A DNA stretch of 63,319 nucleotides, filler included, from 5 parts of 5 records of this genome joined end to end with filler, not necessarily neighbours in it; one strand, 5' to 3'. Shown: positions 38,735 through 48,457, numbered from the whole stretch's first letter. Made by a program: numbers and translations. Notes: generated by a model not told the origin, from the sequence alone.

Positions 38735-39175
38735 ATGAATTTTACCACAGGCCTTAAACGCACCAGCATCTACGCCGCAACAGTTGTGCTCTCATTCGCC
38801 GCAACAACCGCTAACGCAGCCTGCTCGGACCCAGCTGCACCGGGGGTTAATTGGATGGAGTGCGACAAGACTGGCGTGAACCTGAGCGGCGAGAACCTGA
38901 GCGGCGTGAACCTGAGCGGCGCGGACCTCGGCGGCGTGGACCTGGAAGGCGCGGACCTTTACGGCGCGGACCTGACCGGCGCGTACCTGGGCGACGCGGA
39001 CCTGACCGGCGCGTACCTGGTCGACGCGGACCTGACCGACGCGTACCTGGGCGACGCGTACCTGGGCGGCGCGGACCTCGGCGGCGCGGACCTGAGCAAC
39101 GCGGACCTGACCGGTGCGACGTGGTCGGACGACCGGATATGCCAAAAGGGTTCCATAGGTTATTGCAATTATTAG
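38735..39175 (+). CDS. Secreted pentapeptide-repeat protein
   Basis: Signal peptide ANA|A, Cys-pair caps, 16 x (G/D)A(D/Y)Lx repeats. Confidence 0.92.
   Translation: MNFTTGLKRTSIYAATVVLSFAATTANAACSDPAAPGVNWMECDKTGVNLSGENLSGVNLSGADLGGVDLEGADLYGADLTGAYLGDADLTGAYLVDADLTDAYLGDAYLGGADLGGADLSNADLTGATWSDDRICQKGSIGYCNY
38873..39112 (+). repeat. 16 x 15-nt tandem repeat (pentapeptide coding)
   Basis: Units such as GGCGCGGACCTGACC. Confidence 0.92.
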
Positions 39176-39459
39176 AGTTGGCCTGATGAACGGGCCGTGA
39201 TGGATAGCTCAAGCTTGAGACATCTGCGCCCTAAATAGCCGCGCCCGCCCTCCAATCGGGAAGGCGGGACGAGCGCCATGTATGACTCCGGCAAATGCCG
39301 GTTGTCTTACGCTTTCTGATCCCTGCGTCCAAGTTGGCCCCGCCCCAACCATTGATTCAAAACAGCGACGCGCCAGTGTGTGTCCTGTAATGATGCGCAT
39401 GAACATTGGCCGAGTGAGAAAGCCCGCCAATATTCGGGCCGTTTCAGCAGCGCAGCGGA

Positions 39460-39665
39460 TTGGTGCTTTGGCCGCACAGACCCACGTTTCAGTCCACAAA
39501 ATGCCGCGCTCTGCACGAGTGGCCGCTTAGGCGGGCCGCACCGCAGCATTTTGAGGTGGTGGCCAATGGCGGCAAAGGGCCGAAAGCACCAAAGGCGACT
39601 TGGTAACCTTGGGAGGAGCGGTCCTTCGCTGCGGTTTCCACGAATGGCTGCATTGCGGACTTTGC
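39460..39665. repeat. Degenerate intergenic repeat element, copy B (composite)
   Basis: Inverted TTGGTGCTTTGGCC 39460-39473; 39516-39586 aligns with 41500-41570; 39578-39664 aligns with 37443-37532. Confidence 0.65.
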
Positions 39666-39924
39666 CACAGTCGTCTAGCTTCAGATTTGGGGAAGAAGGT
39701 GTTTACGAATCCAGGGGCTATTCAGGTGTCCATTTCATGCAATAACGGACACGTCATAGGCCAGTGCGCAAGTTGTCCCTGGCTGGTTTTATTTGAAATT
39801 GGATAATATAGGCCCTCGTCTGAGTTTGCTGTTTGCTCCTATATGATTAGGACAGGAGCAGATATATTCGTCATCAATTTTAAGCATCTGCGGAATGCAG
39901 GATATTTTGGAATTTTGGAGAAGA

Positions 39925-40698
39925 ATGATGTTTTCATCAAAACGTAGGCTGGTGTCGTGCGCGATGGCTTTGGGGTTGTCGTTGTCAGTGAATGTAGGTT
40001 TTGTAGCTCCCTCGCTCGGGCAGAGCTCAGATACGCCTCCGGTCTTGCAACCAAAGTTCACCGCCACCTGCACAGATACAGACACAGCTATCCTGACCAA
40101 AGCCCATGGCAACATGGCCAAGATGCTCGATGATGCATTGGATGGCGTGACGTCGGAAACCTCGAGCATCGAGTATACGGAAAGCTTCGGCGCATCGGAC
40201 TTCGGGCGTGACTTCACAGTTCTGGCCCGTCTCCTGCTTCTTCGCATAGGTGCCGCAACCGTCGAGATGACCGCCAATTGTGTGCCCGCAGGCGTTGATG
40301 CCATATGCGATGCCGGAACCTGGGCCTATGTTTCAAAGCAGCAGCTTGGGGCTGCAGACAACAAATATAACATCAATTTCTGCAGGAGCTTTTTCGACGC
40401 GACTGACGAAAATGTGCAGGCGATTTCCATGTGGAAAAAAGCCTCCGTCATGCAGGGGGCTGTATTCCTGCATGAGCTCACGCATTTCTCATGGGCAACA
40501 AAGTCCCTGCTCAGGGAAGTGGGAATGGAACCTGATGACAGCGCCCAGGACCAGGCCGGTTCCAAGGACGTCGAATACGATGCCGAGGGCGTAAAATATC
40601 TCGCCGGCACCGATCCGGAGCAAGCCATTCTCAACGCGGACAGCTACCATATTTTCATCATGAGACTGGCTGTCCGCAAAGGCCTGATCTACAACTGA
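39925..40698 (+). CDS. Secreted M35 (aspzincin / Lys-specific) metalloendopeptidase
   Basis: Signal peptide; INFCRSFF, LHELTH (HExxH), GSKDVEY (GTxDxxY equivalent), NADSY. Confidence 0.87.
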   Translation: MMFSSKRRLVSCAMALGLSLSVNVGFVAPSLGQSSDTPPVLQPKFTATCTDTDTAILTKAHGNMAKMLDDALDGVTSETSSIEYTESFGASDFGRDFTVLARLLLLRIGAATVEMTANCVPAGVDAICDAGTWAYVSKQQLGAADNKYNINFCRSFFDATDENVQAISMWKKASVMQGAVFLHELTHFSWATKSLLREVGMEPDDSAQDQAGSKDVEYDAEGVKYLAGTDPEQAILNADSYHIFIMRLAVRKGLIYN

Positions 40699-40764
40699 TC
40701 CGGCAGCGATTTGCGGGCGTTCAATGCCCGTGCTGCCTTCTTCCGCACAAAGGACATCAAGCTC

Positions 40765-41475
40765 ATGTCGATGAAGTCCAGCAGGATTGCCGTCGCCCTT
40801 TTTGGCCTCCTGATTTCGACGTTCTGGCACAACGCCGACGCGATGGCCTGTTCATGCAGGCCATCGCCGAAGGAGAAGATTGTCGCGTCAAGTGACATCG
40901 TCGTGGTGGGGCGGGTGCTGGATGTCCGTGTAGACGGCGAGCTGAGGCGCGCGCGCGTTGAAGTCGAGCAGACGATAAAGGGCACTATCCCTCCCCGCCA
41001 GATCCTGGAACTCGTCACCCAACTCGACAGCGCCCAGTGCGGCTATGACTTCAAGGTCAGTGACGAACCGATCACCATAGCGGCGGACCGGCAAGATGCG
41101 GGCGAACTGCTCGTCCACAATTGCAAGATGTACAGCCTGAAGACGGCGGACAGACGCATGAATGCCGCCAAGAAGGCATTGCAAGCCGAACCGAAGGTCA
41201 CAACTGCCTCGTGCATGGCGCAAAACCTGACCGGAAAGGCCTCCTGCGAAGCCATATGTCCGACCGGACGCGCCGTACTTAACTGCACACACAATGCCGG
41301 CAAGCTGAGTTCGGGCGACACATGCAGCGCATTGGCGCAGGTTTTCGCCGGTTCCACGGATGAAAACGGCCAGCCCGCTCCTCAACCCCATGATCGATGC
41401 AGCGTATCTGCCACGTGTTCGGATGACCAGCAGACCTTGTCTGCACAAGCCTGGGCAAGCTGCGCCAGACCTTAG
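40765..41475 (+). CDS. Secreted TIMP/NTR-like protein with Cys-rich C-terminal domain
   Basis: Signal peptide AMA|CSC; SDIVVVG.V, IKG, T..DSAQCGY.F, G.L....C; 8-Cys C-terminal module. Confidence 0.78.
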   Translation: MSMKSSRIAVALFGLLISTFWHNADAMACSCRPSPKEKIVASSDIVVVGRVLDVRVDGELRRARVEVEQTIKGTIPPRQILELVTQLDSAQCGYDFKVSDEPITIAADRQDAGELLVHNCKMYSLKTADRRMNAAKKALQAEPKVTTASCMAQNLTGKASCEAICPTGRAVLNCTHNAGKLSSGDTCSALAQVFAGSTDENGQPAPQPHDRCSVSATCSDDQQTLSAQAWASCARP

Positions 41476-41499
41476 TGTCTGGGTATCATCTGGCGCCGT

Positions 41500-41661
41500 C
41501 GAATGGCGGCAATGCGGCAGTTGCGGCGCAGCATTTGACAAGATCATCGAGGTCCGCAATGGGCCGATTGTTTCGGTCCGCCTCGGATGCGCACATGACA
41601 TCGCTCCCACGCAGGTTCCCAGGAGCAGGTAGTCCCCTGGCGGCCCCATTTCAGCCATTCG
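41500..41661. repeat. Degenerate intergenic repeat element, copy C
   Basis: CGAATGGCGGC...CGCAGCATTT...CGCAATGGGCCG plus inverted CGGCCCCATTTCAGCCATTCG at 41641-41661. Confidence 0.6.
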
Positions 41662-41906
41662 ATCAACGCCGCTACAGGTATCGCCCAGCCAATTGGTTCA
41701 CCACCGCAAAACCATGAATCAGTGCATTGCAATTTCATCGCAAGCCATTGAAACCGCGACGTAATATCCACCATCCAGAAACGGCCTCCCGGCCCCACCT
41801 ACTCGATCCCTGCTCCGGCGATCCAAAACCTTGCGCAGCGCACCTGCCCCCTCACCGCCGCCTCGAAGTCCGGGTCTTGTGCGTCATCTCGTTGTTGATC
41901 AACCCA

Positions 41907-41922
41907 TTGACGTGAACGTAAA
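41907..41922 (+). promoter_or_regulatory. LiuR-like (MerR family) operator overlapping a TTGACG -35
   Basis: TTGACGTGAACGTAAA versus recalled LiuR consensus TTTACGTWWACGTAAA; 43 nt upstream of the hydrolase ATG. Confidence 0.6.
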
Positions 41923-41965
41923 CGTTATTCAGATTGGCTCCGTGCGAAGCAGGAGGCGATTTGCC

Positions 41966-42856
41966 ATGCAGTCAGGTTCCAGTCCATCAGCGGCTCGGTC
42001 AGTCCATGTCGAAACCATCCTGTTCGACACCGAAGACGGCCACCCGATAGAGGGCACGTTGACGACAGGGGCTGGCTGCGGCCCGCTTGCGCTGATCTCC
42101 TCGGCCACCGCCGTCAAGCGCGGATTTTATCAGAAATTCGCCGAGAGCCTGATTGCCCGGCACGGATTCCGCGCAGCCCTCACCTATGATTACCGCGGCA
42201 CCGGCGGATCGCTCAGCGACTGGTTCAATCCACGCCATATCTCGATGGCTGACTGGGGCATGAAGGACTTTCCCGCGGCCCTTGCCCGGCTCAAACAGGT
42301 TGCCCCCGGCCACCCTGTGGTCGGCGTTGGCCAGTCCTATGGCGGACAGGCGCTCGGGCTGGGCAATGTCTCTCAGCGGTTCGCACGCTATCTGATGGTG
42401 GCAACGATCTCGGGCTACTGGCGCAATCTGGGTGGCGGCCCGAAACTCTATGCCATGATGAATTTTGTCGCCAATCCGATAGCAATCGTGCTGGGGCGCG
42501 TGCCCGAAGGCCTCGGCCTGGGAGCGGGACTGCCCGGCGGGGTGTTTCGCGACTGGACCAGATGGTGCTCGAAACCGGATTACTTCTTCTCAGAACCCCG
42601 GTTTGACGCCACCAGCCTGTTTGCCTCGGTGGAAACCCCGATCCTGGCCATCGGCGCCACCGATGATCCGTGGGGCACGCCCGCGGCGCGCGATGCCATC
42701 ATGCGCCATTTCGTCAATGCACCGGTGGAAACCAGATGGCTCGATCCGCAAACAGCCGGCGGCCCGATCGGCCATCTCGATTTCTTCCGCTCGCGCTTTC
42801 GCGACACGCTCTGGCCCGGCCCTGCCGCCTGGCTGAAAGGCGAAGCCGACGCCTGA
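41966..42856 (+). CDS. Alpha/beta hydrolase
   Basis: YDYRGTG, GQSYGG nucleophile elbow, DD.W, GH..FF; AGGAGG RBS. Confidence 0.9.
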   Translation: MQSGSSPSAARSVHVETILFDTEDGHPIEGTLTTGAGCGPLALISSATAVKRGFYQKFAESLIARHGFRAALTYDYRGTGGSLSDWFNPRHISMADWGMKDFPAALARLKQVAPGHPVVGVGQSYGGQALGLGNVSQRFARYLMVATISGYWRNLGGGPKLYAMMNFVANPIAIVLGRVPEGLGLGAGLPGGVFRDWTRWCSKPDYFFSEPRFDATSLFASVETPILAIGATDDPWGTPAARDAIMRHFVNAPVETRWLDPQTAGGPIGHLDFFRSRFRDTLWPGPAAWLKGEADA

Positions 42857-42859
42857 GAC

Positions 42860-44119
42860 TCAGACCCGCTCGCCGCCCTTGACCCGGTAGCTCGGGGTGT
42901 ACATCGTCACCAGCTCTTCAGACGCAGTCGGATGCACCGCCATGGTGCGGTCGAAATCATCCTTGGTGCAGCCGGCCTTCAAGACGATGCCGAGGATCTG
43001 CGCCATTTCACCGGCCTCGTGGCCGAGAATGTGGACGCCGATCACCTTGCGGTCAGCAGCATTGACGACGATCTTCATGATGGTCTTTTCGCTCCGGCCC
43101 GACAATGTCGCCTTCATCGGGCGGAATTCGGCGCGGTAGATTTCCAGCTCGTCATAGGTCTTCGACGCCTCGTCTTCCGACAGGCCGACCGTGCCGATTT
43201 CGGGCTGCGAGAACACGGCCGTTGCAATCAGGTCATGATCCGGAGACGTTGGCCGGTCATGGTAGAGCGTGTCGATCAGGCACATGGCTTCGTGGATTGC
43301 CACCGGGGTCAGCTGCACCCGGTCGGTGACATCGCCCACCGCATAGATGCTTTCGACATTGGTGCGCGAATACTCGTTGATCAGGATCTCGCCCTTGTGG
43401 CCGGTCTTCACACCCGCCTTGTCCAGTCCGAGGCCTTCGGTGTTGGGATCACGGCCAAGCGCCAGCATCACCTGATCGGCGACAAGCGCCTTGCCGGCTG
43501 ACGTGTGCGCCAGCAACCGGCCATCGGGCCCGCGTTCTATTTTCTCGAAGACTTCGTGGCATAGAATGCGGATGCCCTTCTCTTCCATCGCGGCATGCAG
43601 CCCGCGGCGCATGTCCTGGTCAAACCGCGACAGGATCTCCTTGCCGCGGTAAATCAGCGTGGTGTCTACACCCAGACCATGAAAGATATTGGCGAATTCG
43701 ACAGCGATATAGCCGCCACCGGCGATCAGGATCGCCTTGGGCAGCTCGGCAAGGTGAAAGGCTTCATTGGAACTGATGCACAGCTCATGACCCGGCAGTG
43801 CGGCATGCGGGTTGGCACGCCCGCCGACGGCGACGAGAATGTGCCGTGCAGTGACTTCCTGCCCGGTCGCCTTGATCAGCACCGAATTGGGGCCGGTGAG
43901 CTCGGCGCGCGAGGCGATGATCTCGGCACCGGCATTTTCCAGCCCGCGCCGGTAAAGCCCTTCCAGCCGGTCGATCTCGCGATCCTTGTTGGCAATCAGC
44001 GTCGGCCAGTCGAACGAACTCTCGCCGACACTCCAGCCGTAGCCGTGCGCATCTTCGAAATGCTCGGAGAATTGCGAGGCGTAGACGAAGAGCTTTTTCG
44101 GCACGCAGCCGCGAATGAC
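42860..44119 (-). CDS. gor: Glutathione-disulfide reductase, 5' partial
   Basis: VIRGCVPKK, GGGYIAVEFA, LTPVAI, HPTASEE. Confidence 0.95.
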   Translation of the reverse strand, partial: VIRGCVPKKLFVYASQFSEHFEDAHGYGWSVGESSFDWPTLIANKDREIDRLEGLYRRGLENAGAEIIASRAELTGPNSVLIKATGQEVTARHILVAVGGRANPHAALPGHELCISSNEAFHLAELPKAILIAGGGYIAVEFANIFHGLGVDTTLIYRGKEILSRFDQDMRRGLHAAMEEKGIRILCHEVFEKIERGPDGRLLAHTSAGKALVADQVMLALGRDPNTEGLGLDKAGVKTGHKGEILINEYSRTNVESIYAVGDVTDRVQLTPVAIHEAMCLIDTLYHDRPTSPDHDLIATAVFSQPEIGTVGLSEDEASKTYDELEIYRAEFRPMKATLSGRSEKTIMKIVVNAADRKVIGVHILGHEAGEMAQILGIVLKAGCTKDDFDRTMAVHPTASEELVTMYTPSYRVKGGERV

Positions 44120-44120
44120 G

Positions 44121-44220
44121 NNNNNNNNNNNNNNNNNNNNNNNNNNNNNNNNNNNNNNNNNNNNTTAATTAATTAANNNNNNNNNNNNNNNNNNNNNNNN
44201 NNNNNNNNNNNNNNNNNNNN
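44121..44220. other. Artificial contig spacer
   Basis: 44 N + TTAATTAATTAA + 44 N. Confidence 0.99.
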
Positions 44221-44225
44221 GTCGG

Positions 44226-44243
44226 TTGTCATAAAAATGCAAC
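44226..44243 (+). promoter_or_regulatory. Pho box upstream of phnD
   Basis: TTGTCAT-AAAA-ATGCAAC versus PhoB consensus CTGTCAT-N4-CTGTMAY. Confidence 0.65.
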
Positions 44244-44275
44244 ATAAACGACACATTGGAGATTGGGAGGTTTTC

Positions 44276-45235
44276 ATGAAAAAGTTTATCGGTGCCGCAA
44301 TCGCTGCGGCATTCCTTGTGTTGAGCGGCGCAGCCAGCGCTGAAGATTGTCCGCGCAGCTTTCTTGATGAGCAGTATTGCGACAGGGACGGCGACCTGAC
44401 CGCCGATCTGCCCACGGACAAGAGCAAAATCGCTGACCCGAGCACCATCATCTTTGCCTATACGCCGGTCGAAGACCCGGCCGTGTATGCCAAGGTATGG
44501 GACGGGTTTATCAAGCACATGTCTGAAACCACCGGCAAGAAGGTCGTCTTTTTCCCGGTTCAGTCCAACGCCGCACAGATCGAAGCCATGCGCTCCGGCC
44601 GTCTGCACGTTGCCGGCTTTAACACCGGGTCCAACCCGATTGCCGTTGCCTGCGCCGGTTTCGTTCCGTTCGCCATGATGGCCGCCAAGGATGGTTCCTA
44701 CGGCTACGAGATGGAACTCATCGTGCCGACCGACAGTGACATCAAGGACCCGGCCGGTCTTAAGGGACGGACCCTTGCTTTCACCTCACCGACCTCGAAC
44801 TCCGGCTTCAAGGCACCGTCTGCGCTTTTGAAAAGCGAATTCGGCCTGATCGCTGACAAGGACTTCAAGACCACGTTCTCGGGCAAGCACGACAATTCCG
44901 TGCTGGGCGTCGCCAACAAGGATTATGAAGCCGCCGCCGTCGCCAACTCGGTAATGAACCGAATGATCCAGCGCGAAGTCGTCAAGAAGGATGCGATCCG
45001 TTCGATCTACAAATCGCAGACCTTCCCGACCACCGGTTACGGACTTGCCCATAACCTTGACCCGGCTCTTGCAGCCAAGATCAAGGAAGCTTTCTTCTCT
45101 TTCCCATGGGAAGGCTCCGAGCTTCAGAAGGAGTTCAAGAAGGAAGGCAAGTTCATCCCGATTACGCACAAGAAAGATTGGGACGTGATCCGCAAGATCG
45201 ATGCCGCCAACGGCGTCAAGTATACGTGCAAGTAA
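44276..45235 (+). CDS. phnD: Phosphate/phosphite/phosphonate ABC substrate-binding protein
   Basis: Signal peptide, AFTSPTSNSG, SGKHDNS; operon context. Confidence 0.88.
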   Translation: MKKFIGAAIAAAFLVLSGAASAEDCPRSFLDEQYCDRDGDLTADLPTDKSKIADPSTIIFAYTPVEDPAVYAKVWDGFIKHMSETTGKKVVFFPVQSNAAQIEAMRSGRLHVAGFNTGSNPIAVACAGFVPFAMMAAKDGSYGYEMELIVPTDSDIKDPAGLKGRTLAFTSPTSNSGFKAPSALLKSEFGLIADKDFKTTFSGKHDNSVLGVANKDYEAAAVANSVMNRMIQREVVKKDAIRSIYKSQTFPTTGYGLAHNLDPALAAKIKEAFFSFPWEGSELQKEFKKEGKFIPITHKKDWDVIRKIDAANGVKYTCK

Positions 45236-45321
45236 GCCACCGTACTTGAGGGTCCGAGGTGCCGGCGAACAACCGGCACCTCGATCCTTTTACAAGGTCT
45301 GAAAAAGGGGGCGTGTTGGCG

Positions 45322-46113
45322 ATGCTGCGACTGGTTGATCTCGTCAAGCAATACAAGACCGGAGACAAGGCGCTCAAGAGCGTCAATCTTGAGGTGCCCG
45401 ACGGTCAGGTCATGGCCCTCATCGGCCCGTCCGGGGCCGGCAAATCGACGCTAATCCGTTGCGTCAACCGTCTCGTCGAACCGACGTCGGGACAGATTTA
45501 TCTTGGCGATATGCAGTTATCATCCCTGAGCCAGGGCGCACTCCGCAAGGCGCGGCGGCGTATGGGTATGATCTTTCAGGAATATGCGCTGGTCGAACGT
45601 CTGAGCGTCATGGAAAACGTGCTCTCCGGCAGGCTCGGCTATGTCCCGTTCTGGCGCAGCTATTTCCGCAAATTTCCACAATCCGACGTGGACGAGGCGT
45701 TCCGCCTTCTGGCACGCGTCGGTCTCGACCACATGGTCGACAAGCGCGCCGACGAGCTTTCGGGCGGACAGCGCCAGCGTGTCGGCATTTGCCGGGCGCT
45801 GATCCAGAACCCCGAGCTGCTTCTGGTCGATGAACCGACGGCATCTCTCGACCCCAAGACATCCCGTCAGATCATGCGCTTGATCCGCGAACTCTGTGAA
45901 GAGCGTAACCTGTCCGCCATCATCAACATTCACGACGTCATGCTGGCGCAGATGTTTGCCGAGCGGATCGTCGGCCTGCAACTCGGCGAGATCGTCTATG
46001 ACGGCCCGCCGGACGGTCTGACGCCTGATGTTCTGACGCAGATTTACGGCGAGGAAGACTGGGAAGCGACCATCGCCAAGGTCGAGGACGAGGAAGAAGA
46101 AATCGAACCATGA
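45322..46113 (+). CDS. phnC: Phosphonate ABC ATP-binding protein
   Basis: [36 protein letters not shown]. Confidence 0.93.
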   Translation: MLRLVDLVKQYKTGDKALKSVNLEVPDGQVMALIGPSGAGKSTLIRCVNRLVEPTSGQIYLGDMQLSSLSQGALRKARRRMGMIFQEYALVERLSVMENVLSGRLGYVPFWRSYFRKFPQSDVDEAFRLLARVGLDHMVDKRADELSGGQRQRVGICRALIQNPELLLVDEPTASLDPKTSRQIMRLIRELCEERNLSAIINIHDVMLAQMFAERIVGLQLGEIVYDGPPDGLTPDVLTQIYGEEDWEATIAKVEDEEEEIEP

Positions 46114-46934
46114 GCGGTGACATCAGCCCCCCTGCCCCGGCCGCTGCCGGTCGCCACTGGAAGAAGCCGCCGTTCATCCAAAGCTCTCTCCTGCGCTGGT
46201 CACTGATCGTCGGCGGCGCTGCCTATCTGGCGCTGGCGTTCGGCACCATGGACATCAACTGGGGCCGTGTTGCCGATGGCATTCCACGCGGCCAACGCTT
46301 CATTGCCGCGTTCTTCCCGCCTGATTTCGTGTCTCGCGCCGGCGATATTTTCGACGGCATCATGGAAAGCCTGTGGATCACCATCATCTCGACGGTGGCC
46401 GGAATCGCACTGTCGATCCCGGTCGGACTTGGTGCGGCGCGCAATCTGTCGCCACGCCCGGTCTATCTGGTTTCGCGGGCGATCCTGGCCCTGTCCCGGA
46501 CCTTCCCCGAGATCATCGTCGCGCTGTTTGCGGTCAAGCTGTTCGGGTTCGGGCCGTTTGCCGGGTTCATCGCGCTGTCGGTCGGCACTGTCGGCTTCTA
46601 CGGCAAGCTTCTCGCCGAAGACATCGAAGATATGGACCCGTCACAGGCGGAAGCGGTCAAGGCCACCGGCGCTGGCTGGTTCCAGTGGCTGAACTATGCC
46701 GTCCAGCCGCAGGTCATGCCGCGGATGATCGGTCTCGGCATGTACAGGCTCGATATCAACTTCCGTGAATCCGCCGTTGTCGGTATCGTCGGTGGCGGTG
46801 GGATTGGCGCCACTTTGCTGACGTCGTTCGACCGCTATGAGTTCGACTCTGCAGCCGCAATCCTGCTGATCATCATCGCTATCGTGATGGCCGTGGAATA
46901 TTCGTCCAGCTACATCAGAAAATGGGTGCAGTAG
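46110..46934 (+). CDS. phnE: Phosphonate ABC permease
   Basis: [29 protein letters not shown]. Confidence 0.92.
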   Translation: MSGDISPPAPAAAGRHWKKPPFIQSSLLRWSLIVGGAAYLALAFGTMDINWGRVADGIPRGQRFIAAFFPPDFVSRAGDIFDGIMESLWITIISTVAGIALSIPVGLGAARNLSPRPVYLVSRAILALSRTFPEIIVALFAVKLFGFGPFAGFIALSVGTVGFYGKLLAEDIEDMDPSQAEAVKATGAGWFQWLNYAVQPQVMPRMIGLGMYRLDINFRESAVVGIVGGGGIGATLLTSFDRYEFDSAAAILLIIIAIVMAVEYSSSYIRKWVQ

Positions 46935-46935
46935 C

Positions 46936-47751
46936 ATGCCGGTGAAAGAAAGCGCGGGAACAAGACTCTGGCAGCGCCGGGACCGCCAGACACAGTTGAC
47001 CATTTGGGGCATCCAACTCGTCTGCCTGATGATCTTCGTCTATTGCTGGTCACTTGTTTCCGACAAGACGATCTGGGAGTTCGTCTACGACGCGCCGCAT
47101 CAGGCCGGTGACATGGCCTCCCGCATGGTGCCGCCGGCGTGGGATTACATGGACAAGCTGTGGCTCGCGGTATGGGACACCATCAACATCGCCACGCTGG
47201 GCACACTGATGGCCGTCGTGCTCGCCTTCCCCATCGCCTTTCTCGCCGCCAGCAACACAACGCCGTCAAAAGTCTTCATCCGGCCGATTGCGCTCTTCAT
47301 CATCGTATCTTCACGCTCCATCAATTCACTTCTCTGGGCGCTGATGCTGGTGACGATCATCGGCCCCGGCGTGCTGGCAGGTGTGCTGGCGATCGGATTC
47401 CGTTCGATCGGGTTCTGCGCCAAGCTGCTTTATGAAGCGATCGAAGAAATCGATACCACGCAGGTCGAAGCCGTCACCGCCACCGGTGCCAGCGGACCAC
47501 AGATTTTGCACTATGGGATCGTGCCGCAGATATTGCCGGCGTTCGCGGGTATTTCCGTCTTTCGCTGGGATATCAACATCCGCGAATCGACCGTGCTCGG
47601 TCTGGTCGGTGCCGGCGGGATCGGCCTGCAGCTCAATGCCTCGATCAACAATGTGGCCTGGACACAAGTCTCACTGATCCTGCTGGTCATTCTCGGCACC
47701 GTCATCGTCAGTGAATGGGTCTCCGCCAAAGTCCGCCATGCCATCATCTGA
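46936..47751 (+). CDS. phnE: Phosphonate ABC permease (second copy)
   Basis: KLLYEAIEE, RWDINIRESTVLGLVGAGGIG. Confidence 0.92.
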   Translation: MPVKESAGTRLWQRRDRQTQLTIWGIQLVCLMIFVYCWSLVSDKTIWEFVYDAPHQAGDMASRMVPPAWDYMDKLWLAVWDTINIATLGTLMAVVLAFPIAFLAASNTTPSKVFIRPIALFIIVSSRSINSLLWALMLVTIIGPGVLAGVLAIGFRSIGFCAKLLYEAIEEIDTTQVEAVTATGASGPQILHYGIVPQILPAFAGISVFRWDINIRESTVLGLVGAGGIGLQLNASINNVAWTQVSLILLVILGTVIVSEWVSAKVRHAII

Positions 47752-47863
47752 TGGATTGAAGCTATCGGCGGCTAAGGCCATGAAATCGCCAAATGTTGAC
47801 TCTCCCATGGGAAGGTGATTCCCTGAATCTGGACTTTACGCTGGTTTATTTGAGGATCCGTAT

Positions 47864-48457
47864 ATGCGACGTGGCTTTTTTGCCTTCAGCGCCTGTGTTC
47901 TGGGCGTTCTGATTTATACGTCCCCCCTGTCGGCACAGGGTGTGGAGCTGAATGCCGTGTCCTTTGCGGATATTCCACGGGGCGAGAGTGTCGCCGTGGA
48001 AACCTTCAACGATGCGGATGAAATCTTGAAGCTCAAGAAAATCTTCGAGGACGAACTCCGTCTTCAGGGCTACACGGTCAGCGATTCAGGCCGCCTTATC
48101 CTCAGCTTTGAAACTCAGGACTCATCGGGCAAATGGAGCGGCGGCGGCCCCAACCGCCTGGTTGAAATCGGCAATAGCGACAACCATACCGGCAAGGATG
48201 CCCCGGATGTACGGGTCAACATCTTCGATTCAAAGCGAGGCGGCCTTTTGAACCCGAAACGCGACACCGGAATCACCCAGGTTTCGCCAAGTCAGCTGCG
48301 GATTGATGCCAGTATCGAGGACCGCCAAACCGGCAAACGCCTGTGGCAGGGCTGGACTGTCTCCAACCAGGGTTCAAGCACGGAAGATGACATGGCACAC
48401 CAGTCCATGGTGAAACCGATCATCGAAAACATCGGCAAAACCGTTCGCAGCGAATAA
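47864..48457 (+). CDS. Hypothetical exported protein (DUF4136-like)
   Basis: Signal peptide LSA|Q; I.D.QTGKRLWQG motif. Confidence 0.65.
   Translation: MRRGFFAFSACVLGVLIYTSPLSAQGVELNAVSFADIPRGESVAVETFNDADEILKLKKIFEDELRLQGYTVSDSGRLILSFETQDSSGKWSGGGPNRLVEIGNSDNHTGKDAPDVRVNIFDSKRGGLLNPKRDTGITQVSPSQLRIDASIEDRQTGKRLWQGWTVSNQGSSTEDDMAHQSMVKPIIENIGKTVRSE

Noticed and set aside
38873-39112. Tandem repeats as a possible CRISPR array
   Set aside because: Contiguous 15-nt coding units with no unique spacers and no cas genes
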